A stretch of DNA of 64,000 bases, taken from the NCBI GenBank assembly GCA_016212475.1, contig JACRGC010000009.1, positions 226,556-290,555 on the forward strand. Direction: 5' to 3'. The translations under genes were made by a program, and so were the position numbers. A model generated the notes under the pieces. That model was not told the origin of the DNA, ran no database searches, and saw only the letters and a list, made by a program, of their open reading frames with translations. Below, piece after piece: positions 18,925 to 29,090 of this stretch (the first letter of the stretch is position 1; every line of letters starts with the position of its first letter). Source of the DNA: Candidatus Micrarchaeota archaeon. Its GTDB lineage: Archaea; Micrarchaeota; Micrarchaeia; Norongarragalinales; SBBD01.

Positions 18925-21900
18925 TCAACTAACCTTGAATACCGTTCCAGCTACTCCGGCTGATGTTTGCGTATCCAATCTTACAAAGTAGGTGTAGCCC
19001 GATACCGTATTGCTAAATGTCGTGTAATAATTTCCTGTTCCTCCAACCTGCGCAATTACCGGAAGTGTTGAGGATGATGTGAAATTCGTTGTTGTATTTT
19101 GATACATTACAACCGCAGTTGAGTTTTGTGCATTGCTCCAAATGTAGGCGGTTTGGCTAGCTGTGAATGTTGTCGAATTCGTGCCTGTTGTATCGTTTGT
19201 TGTCCAAACCTTGTATGAATACGAGTTTGCAGATCCGAATATCTCGCCAATTGCCTTTGCTGTCCCATAGTTGGTAATTTCAGCAACAAATACGTACTTG
19301 CCAGGTATTGTTATGTTGACTGACACATTGACAGAGCCTCCCGTTAGGTTGATTGATGTGTTCGTATAAGTAACATTGGCAGCTGATGGCGAAAACACCC
19401 TAAGGGATGCAATCAGTGGTGTTAGGACACCTGCAATTGAAATATTTACGGGGAATGCGATGCTAGCATTCATTATTGATGGGAGCGTCACATTCATCAG
19501 TGCGGATGAATTTTGCACCTGCAAAAGTATCGAATCTGCGCCAAATGATGAATTCATCTGCATGTATGCAATTACCGTATATGAACCAACTGCCTGTGGC
19601 GTATCCGGGATTGTTGTTGTAAGGGTGTATGGCTGCCCGCCTGAAATCGTCATTGGAAGGGTAATCGATCCCCTGTTCTTATCCCAAATAATTATGGATC
19701 CCGAAGTAGGTGTTAGCGCAGCTAGGGTTGTTGCATTCGAAACATTGACGCTAAATGTTATATTTTGGCCAAGGGTAAATGAATTTGTGCTGCCAACCCC
19801 TAGGGAAACAATCAGGCTGCTGACCGAAAATCCGGTGTATGATTGAGTTGTTGTCGAGCTTGTAAGATATGCCCTTAGGTAATAATTCCCATCCGAAGTT
19901 GGCATGTTAACCGGCGAAACACTAAGCGCGGCTTTTCCGGACGCATCCGTTAATGCAGAGCCAACCAATGTTGCCGATCCGGTTGCGGAGCCAATTTCAA
20001 ATGATACATTCGATCCATTTACTGGGGTGTTATTTCCAGCTGAAACAAGTGTTGCCGTAAATACTGCGCCATCACCTACTTTGTATGGCTGGCTTGGAGC
20101 CCTATCTGCAATAACTGTCAGTTTTTGCCCTCCTGAAATTACAACCGGGATTGCAGCAAACCCCGTATCCCCATTTGCAAGTGTTATTTTTACATCCAAA
20201 AAGTAAGTGATTGATGGCGCATTGCTTGGAATTGCATATGTGAATGTCCCAATGTATGGGCCATTTAGGCCGTTTCCTATGAATGCAATATTATTCGTTG
20301 AAATTTCAGAAGAGCTTCCATATGCGAATAATTTTGCAGAAACGGATGCATTCGATGCATTTGCGCCCGTGACATTAATTGTAGCAGTCATTGTATCGCC
20401 AGGCGAGTAGCTATCCCTGTTGAGGGCCAAAGCCAGGTTCATTCCCGAAACCAAAAATCCTGTGAATGCGGTTTGGCCCAAAACCGTCGTCTTTACGTAA
20501 TGGAAACCAGATTTTGTCAAATTGAATGAAAGATATGCAATTCCCAGCCCGTTTGTTACATTGCTTGCATTCCTAAGCTGCAAATCCCCGCTTTGTTGGA
20601 ATTTGAATAATGTGCCATTAACTGCTACTCCTGCACTTCCATTCCCGTTTGTCATGTTTGTAACTTTGATTAGGATGGTTGCATTCTCCCCGATTTGGTA
20701 GCTGAATTTATCCGGCGTAGTTACAACGCTTACAACGTTCACATCAAAGCTGGCAAAAACAGACTGAGAGTTGGTTCCGGAGGAAAATGAAAATTCAATC
20801 TGGTGCCTTCCCGGCGTCCATGTTGCGGATGGGGCTCCAAACAGCACCTGCGGTGAAATCACCACCCTGAATCCGAACGGTGTTTGCTGCTTATCCTGCT
20901 GCATGGGTGTATATTGCAAATTATCGACAAGAAGGGATGGCTGCTGGGGCTGGCCGTTGAAGAAAATGTTCAAAGTGACGTTATCCTCCGGCAAATAGTT
21001 CGGCTTATCTGTTGATATTTGCACATCAAATCCCTTGACATTGAATCCGGCAAATACCTCCTGCTGGATTACCTGCGTAGCTGTGCTTGAAGCAATTTTC
21101 AACCTGACTGCGTGGAATCCAAATGACCAGTTTCCTCCTGCAACTGCAATCGGGTTGAATGCCAGTGTCCCCAAGCCGGATGCATCCGTTTGCCCAAATG
21201 TTGCATTCTGGTTCGAATCAACCAATCCTTCGATGCTGGCATTGGCAACTGCGCCTCCGGTTGAATTCAAAACCTTAACCGTCAGCAATACCTGCTCATT
21301 TGGCTTGTAGTTTTGCTTGTCAAAATCCGTGCTGATTATGAAATTTGTTACCTGCAGGAAATTGTTTGCATACCCGGATTGCGAACCCGCATTCAAAACA
21401 ACCGACATCTCGTAAAATCCTACCTGCGAGGTAATATCTGAAACGAGCACGGAAAATGCGCCTTCGCCGGAGGTTACGGTTGCGCTTTGCGATGATCCAA
21501 CCTGAACCCCGGACATATCATAAAATGAAATGGTTGCAGTCCCGGATACCGCTGTTCCGTTTGCCAAATAAGCATAAATCTTGCCCTTGATTGATTCGGT
21601 TGTTGCAAAAGAGAATTTTGCAAGCTCAAGGCCCAAATCAAAATCCGAAACCGTGAATGGGAAAGTGGTTGTCCCAAACGTTGTCTGGTTTGCAACAAGG
21701 TCTGATGTTGCATTGAACAGCATCATGTATTTCCCTGCTGCAATATTGAAATCAGCGGGCCTAAACGAGGCATTGAACCCGCCTGCGGCGACAATTGGAC
21801 CGGGGATTTTTATATTGCTGTAATAAACCATTGAAATTCCATTTGACATGTTGCCCGCGTAGCTTCCATTCAACTGCAATGCCTGGATGTTCACATTGAT

Positions 21901-24084
21901 TTTTGTGTTGTCAAGAATTGCCGGCGGATTTTGCCCAAAATCATAAACCGCAGTTTCAACCTTGTTGTTTTGGGTTGTCCTCATCTGGAAATTCATGGAC
22001 GGGTTTATCTGCCATCCAGGTGTTTGCCTCCTAACCGTTATGCTATTCACCTGCCCGGCAACTATTGTTGCAGTTCCTTTGTAGTGTATACCGAGGGGCG
22101 ATCTGAAGGGGAATTTTGGAATTATTGAGAAATTATAATTGCCTGCGGGGATTTTTAGGAGGATTTGGCCGGGGTTTCTGAATGCATTCTCCTGCGCCAT
22201 TGTGCCTTCCTCAAAGCTTGCAACCAGCCCGTTCGCATTTGATAGCACGATCCTTGAATCGAACCAGATGTTGAATGCGTTATTCCTCTGGGCGCATGTG
22301 AAAATGCTATCCATGCACTCTTCAACCGTAATGTTCAATCCTCCTGGCGTGCTGTTTAGGGTGCAGGTCACCTGGGATACCTGCCCTTGGGCAACTGCTG
22401 TGCTGTTCATGCATATATGCGTAACCTGCGGAGGCTCGTTTTGCGCGCCCGATATGTTAACCCCATAAATTGTCAGGTAAACCGTATTGATTGGGGCAAC
22501 GAGGGGGATGAACATGCTAGTTGGGATTGCAACATTTGAGAAAATATTGATGGGGCTCATCCTTGATGAAAACGCGTCCCTAGTTGCTCCAGCAGGAAGG
22601 CTAAGGAGCCTTGCCACTTCGCTTAATACCCCTGTTGCATTCCTAAGAATCACATTCAAATTGACAGTTCCGCCGCTTTGTATAGTTAGCTGGGGCAAAA
22701 TCACCGTATCCTGCTGTGCAAAATACCCCCGCCCATTGTTTGTGTTTATTGTTGGGTTGTAAATCAAGGATCCCGTTAGCGGGTTTGTATCATTTGCAGC
22801 AATCAGGAATTTGTACGGGACATTCTTTGGAACCCGAATTCTGAAAATCCCATTCGGATCCGTAAAGCTGGAATTCACAAGCCCAATCCCCATCGGCGGC
22901 GAAAACCCAAATAATGGCTGTGCGTAAACAATTCCTGTTGTTACAAGCGAGCCGCTTTGGTTGATTACTTTCCCAATGAAAGTCGTGTATTCCGTTGCTG
23001 CCTTGTAGACAATGATTGCACCTGTCATTCCAATATTTGTCGGTATGAATGGGTATTGGTTGTCAAAATATGTCATGTTGCCAGAAGTATTCAAATTCCC
23101 GGTAAATCTTATGTAATATCTCTTGAATGGTGCAACGAACCCAGGGGATCCGCCGCCCATGCCCCCTCCTTGTGAAGGCAAATCAAACAGCAAGCCATTT
23201 GTTTCGTTTAGGATTTGCGTGCCATTCTGGCTTGGGAACGATGGCTGCTCGCCTGGCTGCCCAAAGAACGGGAACATCTGCGTTTGGATAATTGATATTG
23301 GCGATGTCAAATTGTAAAATACAAATGCCGAGTTGTCGAAATTAACCGTCGCATTTGTAGAATTTGAGGAAATGAAATCAAAGAACAGGATTTTTTGGGT
23401 GCTATCTGTGCAAACATATCCAGGGCCCGATTGGACATTTGGAAACGGTATTCCGTGCACTCTGCAAGCGTTTAGGCAAAGCGTTCCAGATAGCGGCCCA
23501 AGGCAATGCTCCATGTAATGCCCAAATGCATCCGTCAATGCCGGCCCTTGGCTTGCAAACCTTGCAGAAGTCTCATTGAACAGCATAAACAGCGTGTTTG
23601 CTGTATTGGTCCTAATATTCAGGTAGTTCAACGTGTATTGCTGCATTAACGCTGGATTCAAATGCGCAGTAACGTTTAAGGTCACTTTTGCATTACTCCA
23701 TGTGGTATTAAGGCCAAACTTTGCACATCTATCGATATTTGGCCCGCCTCCCAATAATGGCGGGTTGATTGTGCAGTTCATGCTTGGCATCTGATATAGC
23801 GTATCTGTTGCATTATTGCCAAACGTTCCGGATGCGCACTGTGAAAAGTTTGCACTATTATATATCACTAATTGGTCATTGAGCCAAAATGTGAAATTCG
23901 TGCTATCATTTACGCTTTGCGCCTGGTTTGAATATGAGCAAAGTTCAACTGTCAGATTGCCCGATGTTCCTTGGGATGGGAATGCATCATTCAAATAAAA
24001 GAAGGCATCAGCACTTGTTGCAAATGCTATTAGTAAAACGTATGCTAGTGCTAATTCTTTTCTCAAGCGGATCACGGTGTTCAA
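18925..24084 (-). CDS. Giant secreted surface/S-layer-like protein (1719 aa), N-glycosylation sequon-rich
   Basis: Signal peptide MNTVIRLRKELALAYVLLIAFATSADA; >100 N-x-S/T sequons; Asn/Thr/Ser/Gly-rich Ig-like repeat composition; no TM anchor. Confidence 0.7.
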   Translation of the reverse strand: MNTVIRLRKELALAYVLLIAFATSADAFFYLNDAFPSQGTSGNLTVELCSYSNQAQSVNDSTNFTFWLNDQLVIYNSANFSQCASGTFGNNATDTLYQMPSMNCTINPPLLGGGPNIDRCAKFGLNTTWSNAKVTLNVTAHLNPALMQQYTLNYLNIRTNTANTLFMLFNETSARFASQGPALTDAFGHYMEHCLGPLSGTLCLNACRVHGIPFPNVQSGPGYVCTDSTQKILFFDFISSNSTNATVNFDNSAFVFYNLTSPISIIQTQMFPFFGQPGEQPSFPSQNGTQILNETNGLLFDLPSQGGGMGGGSPGFVAPFKRYYIRFTGNLNTSGNMTYFDNQYPFIPTNIGMTGAIIVYKAATEYTTFIGKVINQSGSLVTTGIVYAQPLFGFSPPMGIGLVNSSFTDPNGIFRIRVPKNVPYKFLIAANDTNPLTGSLIYNPTINTNNGRGYFAQQDTVILPQLTIQSGGTVNLNVILRNATGVLSEVARLLSLPAGATRDAFSSRMSPINIFSNVAIPTSMFIPLVAPINTVYLTIYGVNISGAQNEPPQVTHICMNSTAVAQGQVSQVTCTLNSTPGGLNITVEECMDSIFTCAQRNNAFNIWFDSRIVLSNANGLVASFEEGTMAQENAFRNPGQILLKIPAGNYNFSIIPKFPFRSPLGIHYKGTATIVAGQVNSITVRRQTPGWQINPSMNFQMRTTQNNKVETAVYDFGQNPPAILDNTKINVNIQALQLNGSYAGNMSNGISMVYYSNIKIPGPIVAAGGFNASFRPADFNIAAGKYMMLFNATSDLVANQTTFGTTTFPFTVSDFDLGLELAKFSFATTESIKGKIYAYLANGTAVSGTATISFYDMSGVQVGSSQSATVTSGEGAFSVLVSDITSQVGFYEMSVVLNAGSQSGYANNFLQVTNFIISTDFDKQNYKPNEQVLLTVKVLNSTGGAVANASIEGLVDSNQNATFGQTDASGLGTLAFNPIAVAGGNWSFGFHAVRLKIASSTATQVIQQEVFAGFNVKGFDVQISTDKPNYLPEDNVTLNIFFNGQPQQPSLLVDNLQYTPMQQDKQQTPFGFRVVISPQVLFGAPSATWTPGRHQIEFSFSSGTNSQSVFASFDVNVVSVVTTPDKFSYQIGENATILIKVTNMTNGNGSAGVAVNGTLFKFQQSGDLQLRNASNVTNGLGIAYLSFNLTKSGFHYVKTTVLGQTAFTGFLVSGMNLALALNRDSYSPGDTMTATINVTGANASNASVSAKLFAYGSSSEISTNNIAFIGNGLNGPYIGTFTYAIPSNAPSITYFLDVKITLANGDTGFAAIPVVISGGQKLTVIADRAPSQPYKVGDGAVFTATLVSAGNNTPVNGSNVSFEIGSATGSATLVGSALTDASGKAALSVSPVNMPTSDGNYYLRAYLTSSTTTQSYTGFSVSSLIVSLGVGSTNSFTLGQNITFSVNVSNATTLAALTPTSGSIIIWDKNRGSITLPMTISGGQPYTLTTTIPDTPQAVGSYTVIAYMQMNSSFGADSILLQVQNSSALMNVTLPSIMNASIAFPVNISIAGVLTPLIASLRVFSPSAANVTYTNTSINLTGGSVNVSVNITIPGKYVFVAEITNYGTAKAIGEIFGSANSYSYKVWTTNDTTGTNSTTFTASQTAYIWSNAQNSTAVVMYQNTTTNFTSSSTLPVIAQVGGTGNYYTTFSNTVSGYTYFVRLDTQTSAGVAGTVFKVS

Positions 24085-24331
24085 AAAAAGTACTCATGCC
24101 TACTATATAAGGTTTATGATGGGATAAAAAATAATAGACGGCTGAAAGTAAAAATTTACCAAAAAAGGCGCAAACCACTTGGAAACGCTCCCCAAACCAC
24201 TGCAATGCCCAAAAACCTAAAAAAGGGTAAATTGGCAATTGGAAACTCCAAATCAGGCAATTACAAAAAAACTAAAAAAAGGAAATAAGCAATTTGCCTT
24301 ATCCGGAAAAAATTCAATTGCTTAAACCAGA

Positions 24332-25831
24332 TCAGCAATACCTCTGCTCGAGCGTGTAAGTTAGCGTTGCCGAGCCGCTTGCGCTTACTGGGATTTTCCA
24401 TGAGAATTCAGAGCTGCTCTCTTTTGTTGATTTGAAATTCTCATTTGTTATTTCAGCTTCACCATACGCGTTTTGAAGCACTAAGACTTCCACACTCTCC
24501 TTCTTGTGGTTCCTAAGCTCGACCGAATACGTTGATTGCGAAGCGCATATTCCAAGCTCCTTTTGCGATGTTTGCTTCTTTTCTGCAACAACATCAAATG
24601 CATTCCCAAGGAATAGCCTGATCTTCTCATCCTCCGGGGTGTGGTCGATTTGATCTTCTCCAACAAATTGCAATTGCCCGCCTGAATCCGCCTTGTAAAC
24701 CCTAACCTTGCCTTTTGGCATTGGCATCCCAAGGTTGTTTTTCTTGCTGTTATCGAATAGCAACTTTACCTTGACTTTTGTCCCATCTCCCTCGTAAACA
24801 AGCTGCTTTTGAACAGGCGTTCCCTTAGAATCAAACAAAGTGATTTGCTTATCCTCATTATTCTTCAAAGTTGCCGGCCGCTGAAGCGAATACAAATGGT
24901 ATTCAAACAAGCTCTCTTCTGCAAATTGGGGAGTAGGCGCAGCATAATCCATAGCGCCTCCAAGCGCCCTCTCATAATACTTTGGCTGGGAAGCCGCCTT
25001 AACCAAATTAATGTCTCCTGCAATCAATTTCAATTTGGCATTTTCAAAAGTTGCGCCTCCGTTGTTTTTTATGCTGACCCATCCGGTAATATCCAGGTTT
25101 GAATCATCTGCGTTTGCAATTGCTACATAGTCCGCATGCCAGTTAAGCCCGGTTGCCAAATATGATGCCTGCAATTTGTGTTCGCCCGCCTTTGAGTTTG
25201 AAAGCAGCCATTCAACTGTTGGCGAAGTGATCAAACCTTCCGGAAGAGATGGGTAGTTTACTTTTTCAAAATCCTTAAGTGATGAAACTCCGCTTGCCGT
25301 TTTCAAAACTATTCCATCAGAAAAGCTAAGCAAGGTGCCCTTCACAATTTCCTTCCCTCCTTTTCCATCCGAAGTAACCACTTCGATTTCCTTTCCAATG
25401 TAATTTTCCATAAGCTTTTGGTTGCTTACAAGATCATACTGGTAGTTTTGCTCCAATACCTGTGTTGACCCATCGGTCAAATCCTTCAAATGAAGCGAAG
25501 TCGAATCCAAATACTGCGCTGTACCCTTCATTTGGAATTTTGCAAGCCCGCCCGGAAGGTTGGCAGTTCGCATCTCCTTGATTAGCGCAAGCCCGTTATT
25601 TATATCAAAGCCATTTGCAGCCGCGTAATAGTAATAGCTGGGCTCGACTTGGTAAATCGTAAGCTCAACATCCGTTGGTTTATCCGAAGAAGCAAGTTTT
25701 GCCTCCTCATTCAAGTTGAAGGGCACATCAATTTTATATTGCTGGATTTTTGGCATGGAAAACTGCGAATAAGCAAAGATCCCAAGGATTCCAATCAAAA
25801 AAATTCCCATCAAAATATTCTTAGTTTCCAT
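24332..25831 (-). CDS. DUF4139/DUF4140 domain protein (MuiA-like), N-terminal membrane anchor
   Basis: 499 aa; N-terminal TM; LNWHADYVAI...GWVSIKNNGGATFENAKLKLIAGD matches DUF4139 core. Confidence 0.55.
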   Translation of the reverse strand: METKNILMGIFLIGILGIFAYSQFSMPKIQQYKIDVPFNLNEEAKLASSDKPTDVELTIYQVEPSYYYYAAANGFDINNGLALIKEMRTANLPGGLAKFQMKGTAQYLDSTSLHLKDLTDGSTQVLEQNYQYDLVSNQKLMENYIGKEIEVVTSDGKGGKEIVKGTLLSFSDGIVLKTASGVSSLKDFEKVNYPSLPEGLITSPTVEWLLSNSKAGEHKLQASYLATGLNWHADYVAIANADDSNLDITGWVSIKNNGGATFENAKLKLIAGDINLVKAASQPKYYERALGGAMDYAAPTPQFAEESLFEYHLYSLQRPATLKNNEDKQITLFDSKGTPVQKQLVYEGDGTKVKVKLLFDNSKKNNLGMPMPKGKVRVYKADSGGQLQFVGEDQIDHTPEDEKIRLFLGNAFDVVAEKKQTSQKELGICASQSTYSVELRNHKKESVEVLVLQNAYGEAEITNENFKSTKESSSEFSWKIPVSASGSATLTYTLEQRYC

Positions 25832-26008
25832 AAATTACCACCTATCATTTGAGCGGTTCTTTTCCGCTATCAATTATTCCCCGAGCTTTTATATATAGGT
25901 TGATTTTTCCTTAAGCGGCAGCTTAACCTTGAAAAAACCTTCGCCAAATGTTCCGCCACTCCTGCAATTCTAAATCGGTTAATTAAATTTACCATCTATC
26001 CATATTGC

Positions 26009-26959
26009 ATGTCCTTAACCCTTCTTGCCGCAATGGCAAAAAGCAAAAGCCCGGAAATATTCGTTGAGAAATTCCTGCTTCCGGCCCTAAGAACTAGGAA
26101 AATCCCTTCAGCCATGGTGTCGCTAAGAGGGGGCAAGCCGCCCGAAAAACTAATCGAATTCAATGAAAAATTGGGAAAGGGCGACTACGCCCAAATCACC
26201 TTTGTTGATCGGAATGATCCAAGGAGAGTTTGCTACCTGAAAATCAGCCGCATGGAATTGAAACGCCCATCCGATGATCCTAATCGCAAGGAACCTACTC
26301 CGACTGCAAAACTTTTCAAAAAACCCTATTTTTATGTGGGGCGGGAAGATTTTGCCAATGCCATTAAAAAAACAGGAGTGGAACGCTTACGATTTAATGG
26401 AAAAATAAGCAAAACCTCTAGTGCGGTGCTTTTCCCAAGGAAATTGCTTGAACATGGCGAATGGATAGCCAATTTGCGTGAAACCCAAAGGACAAGGCTA
26501 GAGAATTCAATTGATGTGCTAATCGACCCTAAAGTTTACGAAAAACTCGAATCGCATGAAAGGATCGAAAATTTCTTCCATGAGTACCTTGCAACAATTG
26601 CGGCATCGAGTGGAAAAATCAGCAATGCTGATTATGCCGCCCTCCTAAAATACCGCCCAAAACTCTATGAAAAATACAAGAGCCATTCCGCCTACCAGAT
26701 CTTCCATAAGTCCCAGAGGTATAATGCGGGCCTGATGAAAGAAATTTCCAATGCAACTTCGGAAAAGCAAATACGACTGGGCATCGAAAAGCACCTTGGG
26801 GTGCGTGGGCCGTTTTCAAAGATTTTTGCCAGGAAAATTTATGGCATATCAAAATCCAGGGGAGGAAAACTGGCAATCGATAGGATTGCCCAACATGCAG
26901 AGCAAATGGCATCAAATATCTTGATTCCAAAAGATCCATCAAAATCCGTGGTTGATTAA
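26009..26959 (+). CDS. Hypothetical protein (316 aa), basic
   Basis: ORF with ATG start; no recognisable domain. Confidence 0.45.
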   Translation: MSLTLLAAMAKSKSPEIFVEKFLLPALRTRKIPSAMVSLRGGKPPEKLIEFNEKLGKGDYAQITFVDRNDPRRVCYLKISRMELKRPSDDPNRKEPTPTAKLFKKPYFYVGREDFANAIKKTGVERLRFNGKISKTSSAVLFPRKLLEHGEWIANLRETQRTRLENSIDVLIDPKVYEKLESHERIENFFHEYLATIAASSGKISNADYAALLKYRPKLYEKYKSHSAYQIFHKSQRYNAGLMKEISNATSEKQIRLGIEKHLGVRGPFSKIFARKIYGISKSRGGKLAIDRIAQHAEQMASNILIPKDPSKSVVD

Positions 26960-27016
26960 AATTGCAAATGCATGCTTGATGCCTTCCAATTCCCATAGGC
27001 CAAAAAAACTTAAAAT

Positions 27017-28318
27017 TCAACCAAACCCAAAAACCGCAAAATTATCCGAATCAATCAGTTTGCGGATTGCAATGCCCTCCTCATAAGTGAAATCATACGC
27101 TTTCTTTTCAAATGCCCCGAGCCTAATCTCATATTTTTCCAAAAGGTTCCGTTTTGCGGAAATATCGTTGGCATCAAAATATTTTGCAAGTTCGGCTGTC
27201 CGCAAATTCCCATCCCCCATCCCTTCTGCAAATGCGCCAACCACCACTTTCTTATTCCCAAAATACGGAAGGGCATAATTATCCTTGAAATTTGCAATCG
27301 CATTTCCTCCCTCGAAATTCCCCATTTCCTTAAAAGTTGTTATCGCTTCGAACCCAAACGGCTCGGTCCTCATTTGCATGGCGCTTGCAACCGTCAAAGG
27401 CAAAAACACCGCAAAAATTATTGCCAATCTCCTATCCAAAGAAAAAACCAGCGAGGCAAAATATGCAGTCGGAAGCAATAGGAAAATCACATGCCTGAAT
27501 GGGAAGGGCAAAAGGAAATAAAGCGCTTCAAAGGCAATGATTGTGGAAAAAGTGGCATATTCCCGTTTTTTTCCATTTTTCCACATCGCAAATATTCCAA
27601 TTGCCGTCAATGCAATTGCCAGAATGCTATAACTGTCGAGTATTCCTGGCGTAATTATCGCCAAGTTCTCAAACCCAATCGCATTGATTGGAAACGCATT
27701 CCTATATAGCAAAAATACCGCAACCCCAACTGCTGCCGATTTAGCAAATTCAAAATATTTTTTCCTAAAAACAGCAAGGATTGCAAGGGTTGCAACCGTA
27801 AAAACAAAGCTCCTTGTATGCGCAAATGGGAATATCGCAAGCAAAAATCCCAAAAACCTGTATTTTTCCCTCTCAAAAAGATTGATGCTAAGCAAAAACA
27901 AAACCACTCCCAAGGTTTCGGGTATTGGCAAAACCACCCTGTAAACAACAATGGGTATTGTAAAAATTGCAAGTGCTCCAAGAGCTGCATATTCCTCGTT
28001 TCCAATTATTCTTCGAAGGAAAAGATACGTGGAGGTAAAAATTAGAAAAACAAAAATATACGAAAGGAAATTAAACGCCAGGAATTCGCTTCCAACAAAA
28101 GTTTTCAGGGAATGGAATGCCAAAAGAAAAATCGGCGGGTAAACCGTCCCATCGGAATTGATTGCGCTTCCCGTAAGCGGGAAACTGCCTCCGCTTCCCA
28201 AAAGCTTGCTTTCCCTAAGCGTTTGGTATGCATCAGAAGTTAACGGCGATGCGTAGTAAAGATGCGCCATGAAAACAACAAGCGCCGAAAACAGGATTGC
28301 GCAATCAAAAAGCTTCAT
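27017..28318 (-). CDS. Polytopic membrane protein, possible GT-C-fold glycosyltransferase
   Basis: ~11 TM helices followed by soluble C-terminal domain; architecture like ArnT/PMT-type glycosyltransferases. Confidence 0.45.
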   Translation of the reverse strand: MKLFDCAILFSALVVFMAHLYYASPLTSDAYQTLRESKLLGSGGSFPLTGSAINSDGTVYPPIFLLAFHSLKTFVGSEFLAFNFLSYIFVFLIFTSTYLFLRRIIGNEEYAALGALAIFTIPIVVYRVVLPIPETLGVVLFLLSINLFEREKYRFLGFLLAIFPFAHTRSFVFTVATLAILAVFRKKYFEFAKSAAVGVAVFLLYRNAFPINAIGFENLAIITPGILDSYSILAIALTAIGIFAMWKNGKKREYATFSTIIAFEALYFLLPFPFRHVIFLLLPTAYFASLVFSLDRRLAIIFAVFLPLTVASAMQMRTEPFGFEAITTFKEMGNFEGGNAIANFKDNYALPYFGNKKVVVGAFAEGMGDGNLRTAELAKYFDANDISAKRNLLEKYEIRLGAFEKKAYDFTYEEGIAIRKLIDSDNFAVFGFG

Positions 28319-28379
28319 GTGATTGTTCCTAGGGATTAATGATTAAAAAGATAGGCAATTGGCACTTAGCGGATCAAAT

Positions 28380-28754
28380 TCAAAAATTAGACTTTGTTTT
28401 AGCTCCCCGCAAATATCCTAAGCTTGTCGGGATCCTTCTTGATTTCATGCACAAGGTTCGATGGCCCAACAATTGTTGCCCATTTGCCTTCCCCCCAAGC
28501 AATTTGATCAGGCTCTTCCGAACGCTAGATGGCTCTTCCCCAAAGGATGAAATTTCAATTCCGGGAAAATCCTTCGTTATGCCCTCCATTGTCCGCTGGT
28601 AAAGTATGCGCTCCTCCTCCCTTGTCAGCGCCTCTTCCAAAATCAATATTTTCTTTTCCTTCTTCACGGCATTTAGGATATATTTTACCTTATCCTCGAC
28701 ATCCTTGCTCCGCAGAGTTTTGGAACTTACAAATTCAAGCTGCAAACCTGCCAT
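28380..28754 (-). CDS. Small archaeal conserved protein (DUF2073-like)
   Basis: KKILILEEALTREEERILYQRTMEGITKDFPGIEISSF resembles the DUF2073 family that neighbours a small GTPase in Euryarchaeota. Confidence 0.4.
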   Translation of the reverse strand: MAGLQLEFVSSKTLRSKDVEDKVKYILNAVKKEKKILILEEALTREEERILYQRTMEGITKDFPGIEISSFGEEPSSVRKSLIKLLGGKANGQQLLGHRTLCMKSRRIPTSLGYLRGAKTKSNF

Positions 28755-29090
28755 TTATTCTTCCTCCTCTGTTTCATCGTTTTCAAGCGCCCAGCTAAGA
28801 AAGCAAGCGCCAAAATACCAATAAATAAGGCTGAATGTGAGCCCAAGGAACGACATCGCATTTTGGCACTCGATATCGCTAACGCCGCAAAGCTGTGAAA
28901 GGCCAAGAAGGGGCCAGGCCAAAATTGTCATGACCGGCAAGTATATCCAATCCGGCACATCGATCAAAAGGCCCAAAAACACTATGAATAGCAGGAAAAA
29001 TGTCAGCGAGATCTTTTCAAGCGTTGGCTGCAAAAATACAATTCCCCTGCGAAGGATCCTGCCAAATGTTGTTTCTGCCATAATTTTCAT
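28755..29090 (-). CDS. Small membrane protein (3 TM), acidic C-terminus
   Basis: 111 aa; between DUF2073-like gene and GTPase, same strand, overlapping stop/start. Confidence 0.4.
   Translation of the reverse strand: MKIMAETTFGRILRRGIVFLQPTLEKISLTFFLLFIVFLGLLIDVPDWIYLPVMTILAWPLLGLSQLCGVSDIECQNAMSFLGLTFSLIYWYFGACFLSWALENDETEEEE

Noticed and set aside
19376-23998. Many 60-160-aa plus-strand ORFs inside the giant surface-protein gene
   Set aside because: Antisense shadow ORFs of a 5.2-kb minus-strand gene with strongly biased composition. No independent support.
24085-24331. Short direct repeats (CAAACCACT x2, GGCAATTGG x2) in the spacer upstream of the giant surface-protein gene
   Set aside because: Only two short copies. 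Most likely promoter/UTR sequence: a TATA-like ACTATATAAGG sits at the expected distance. Not a CRISPR or repeat array.
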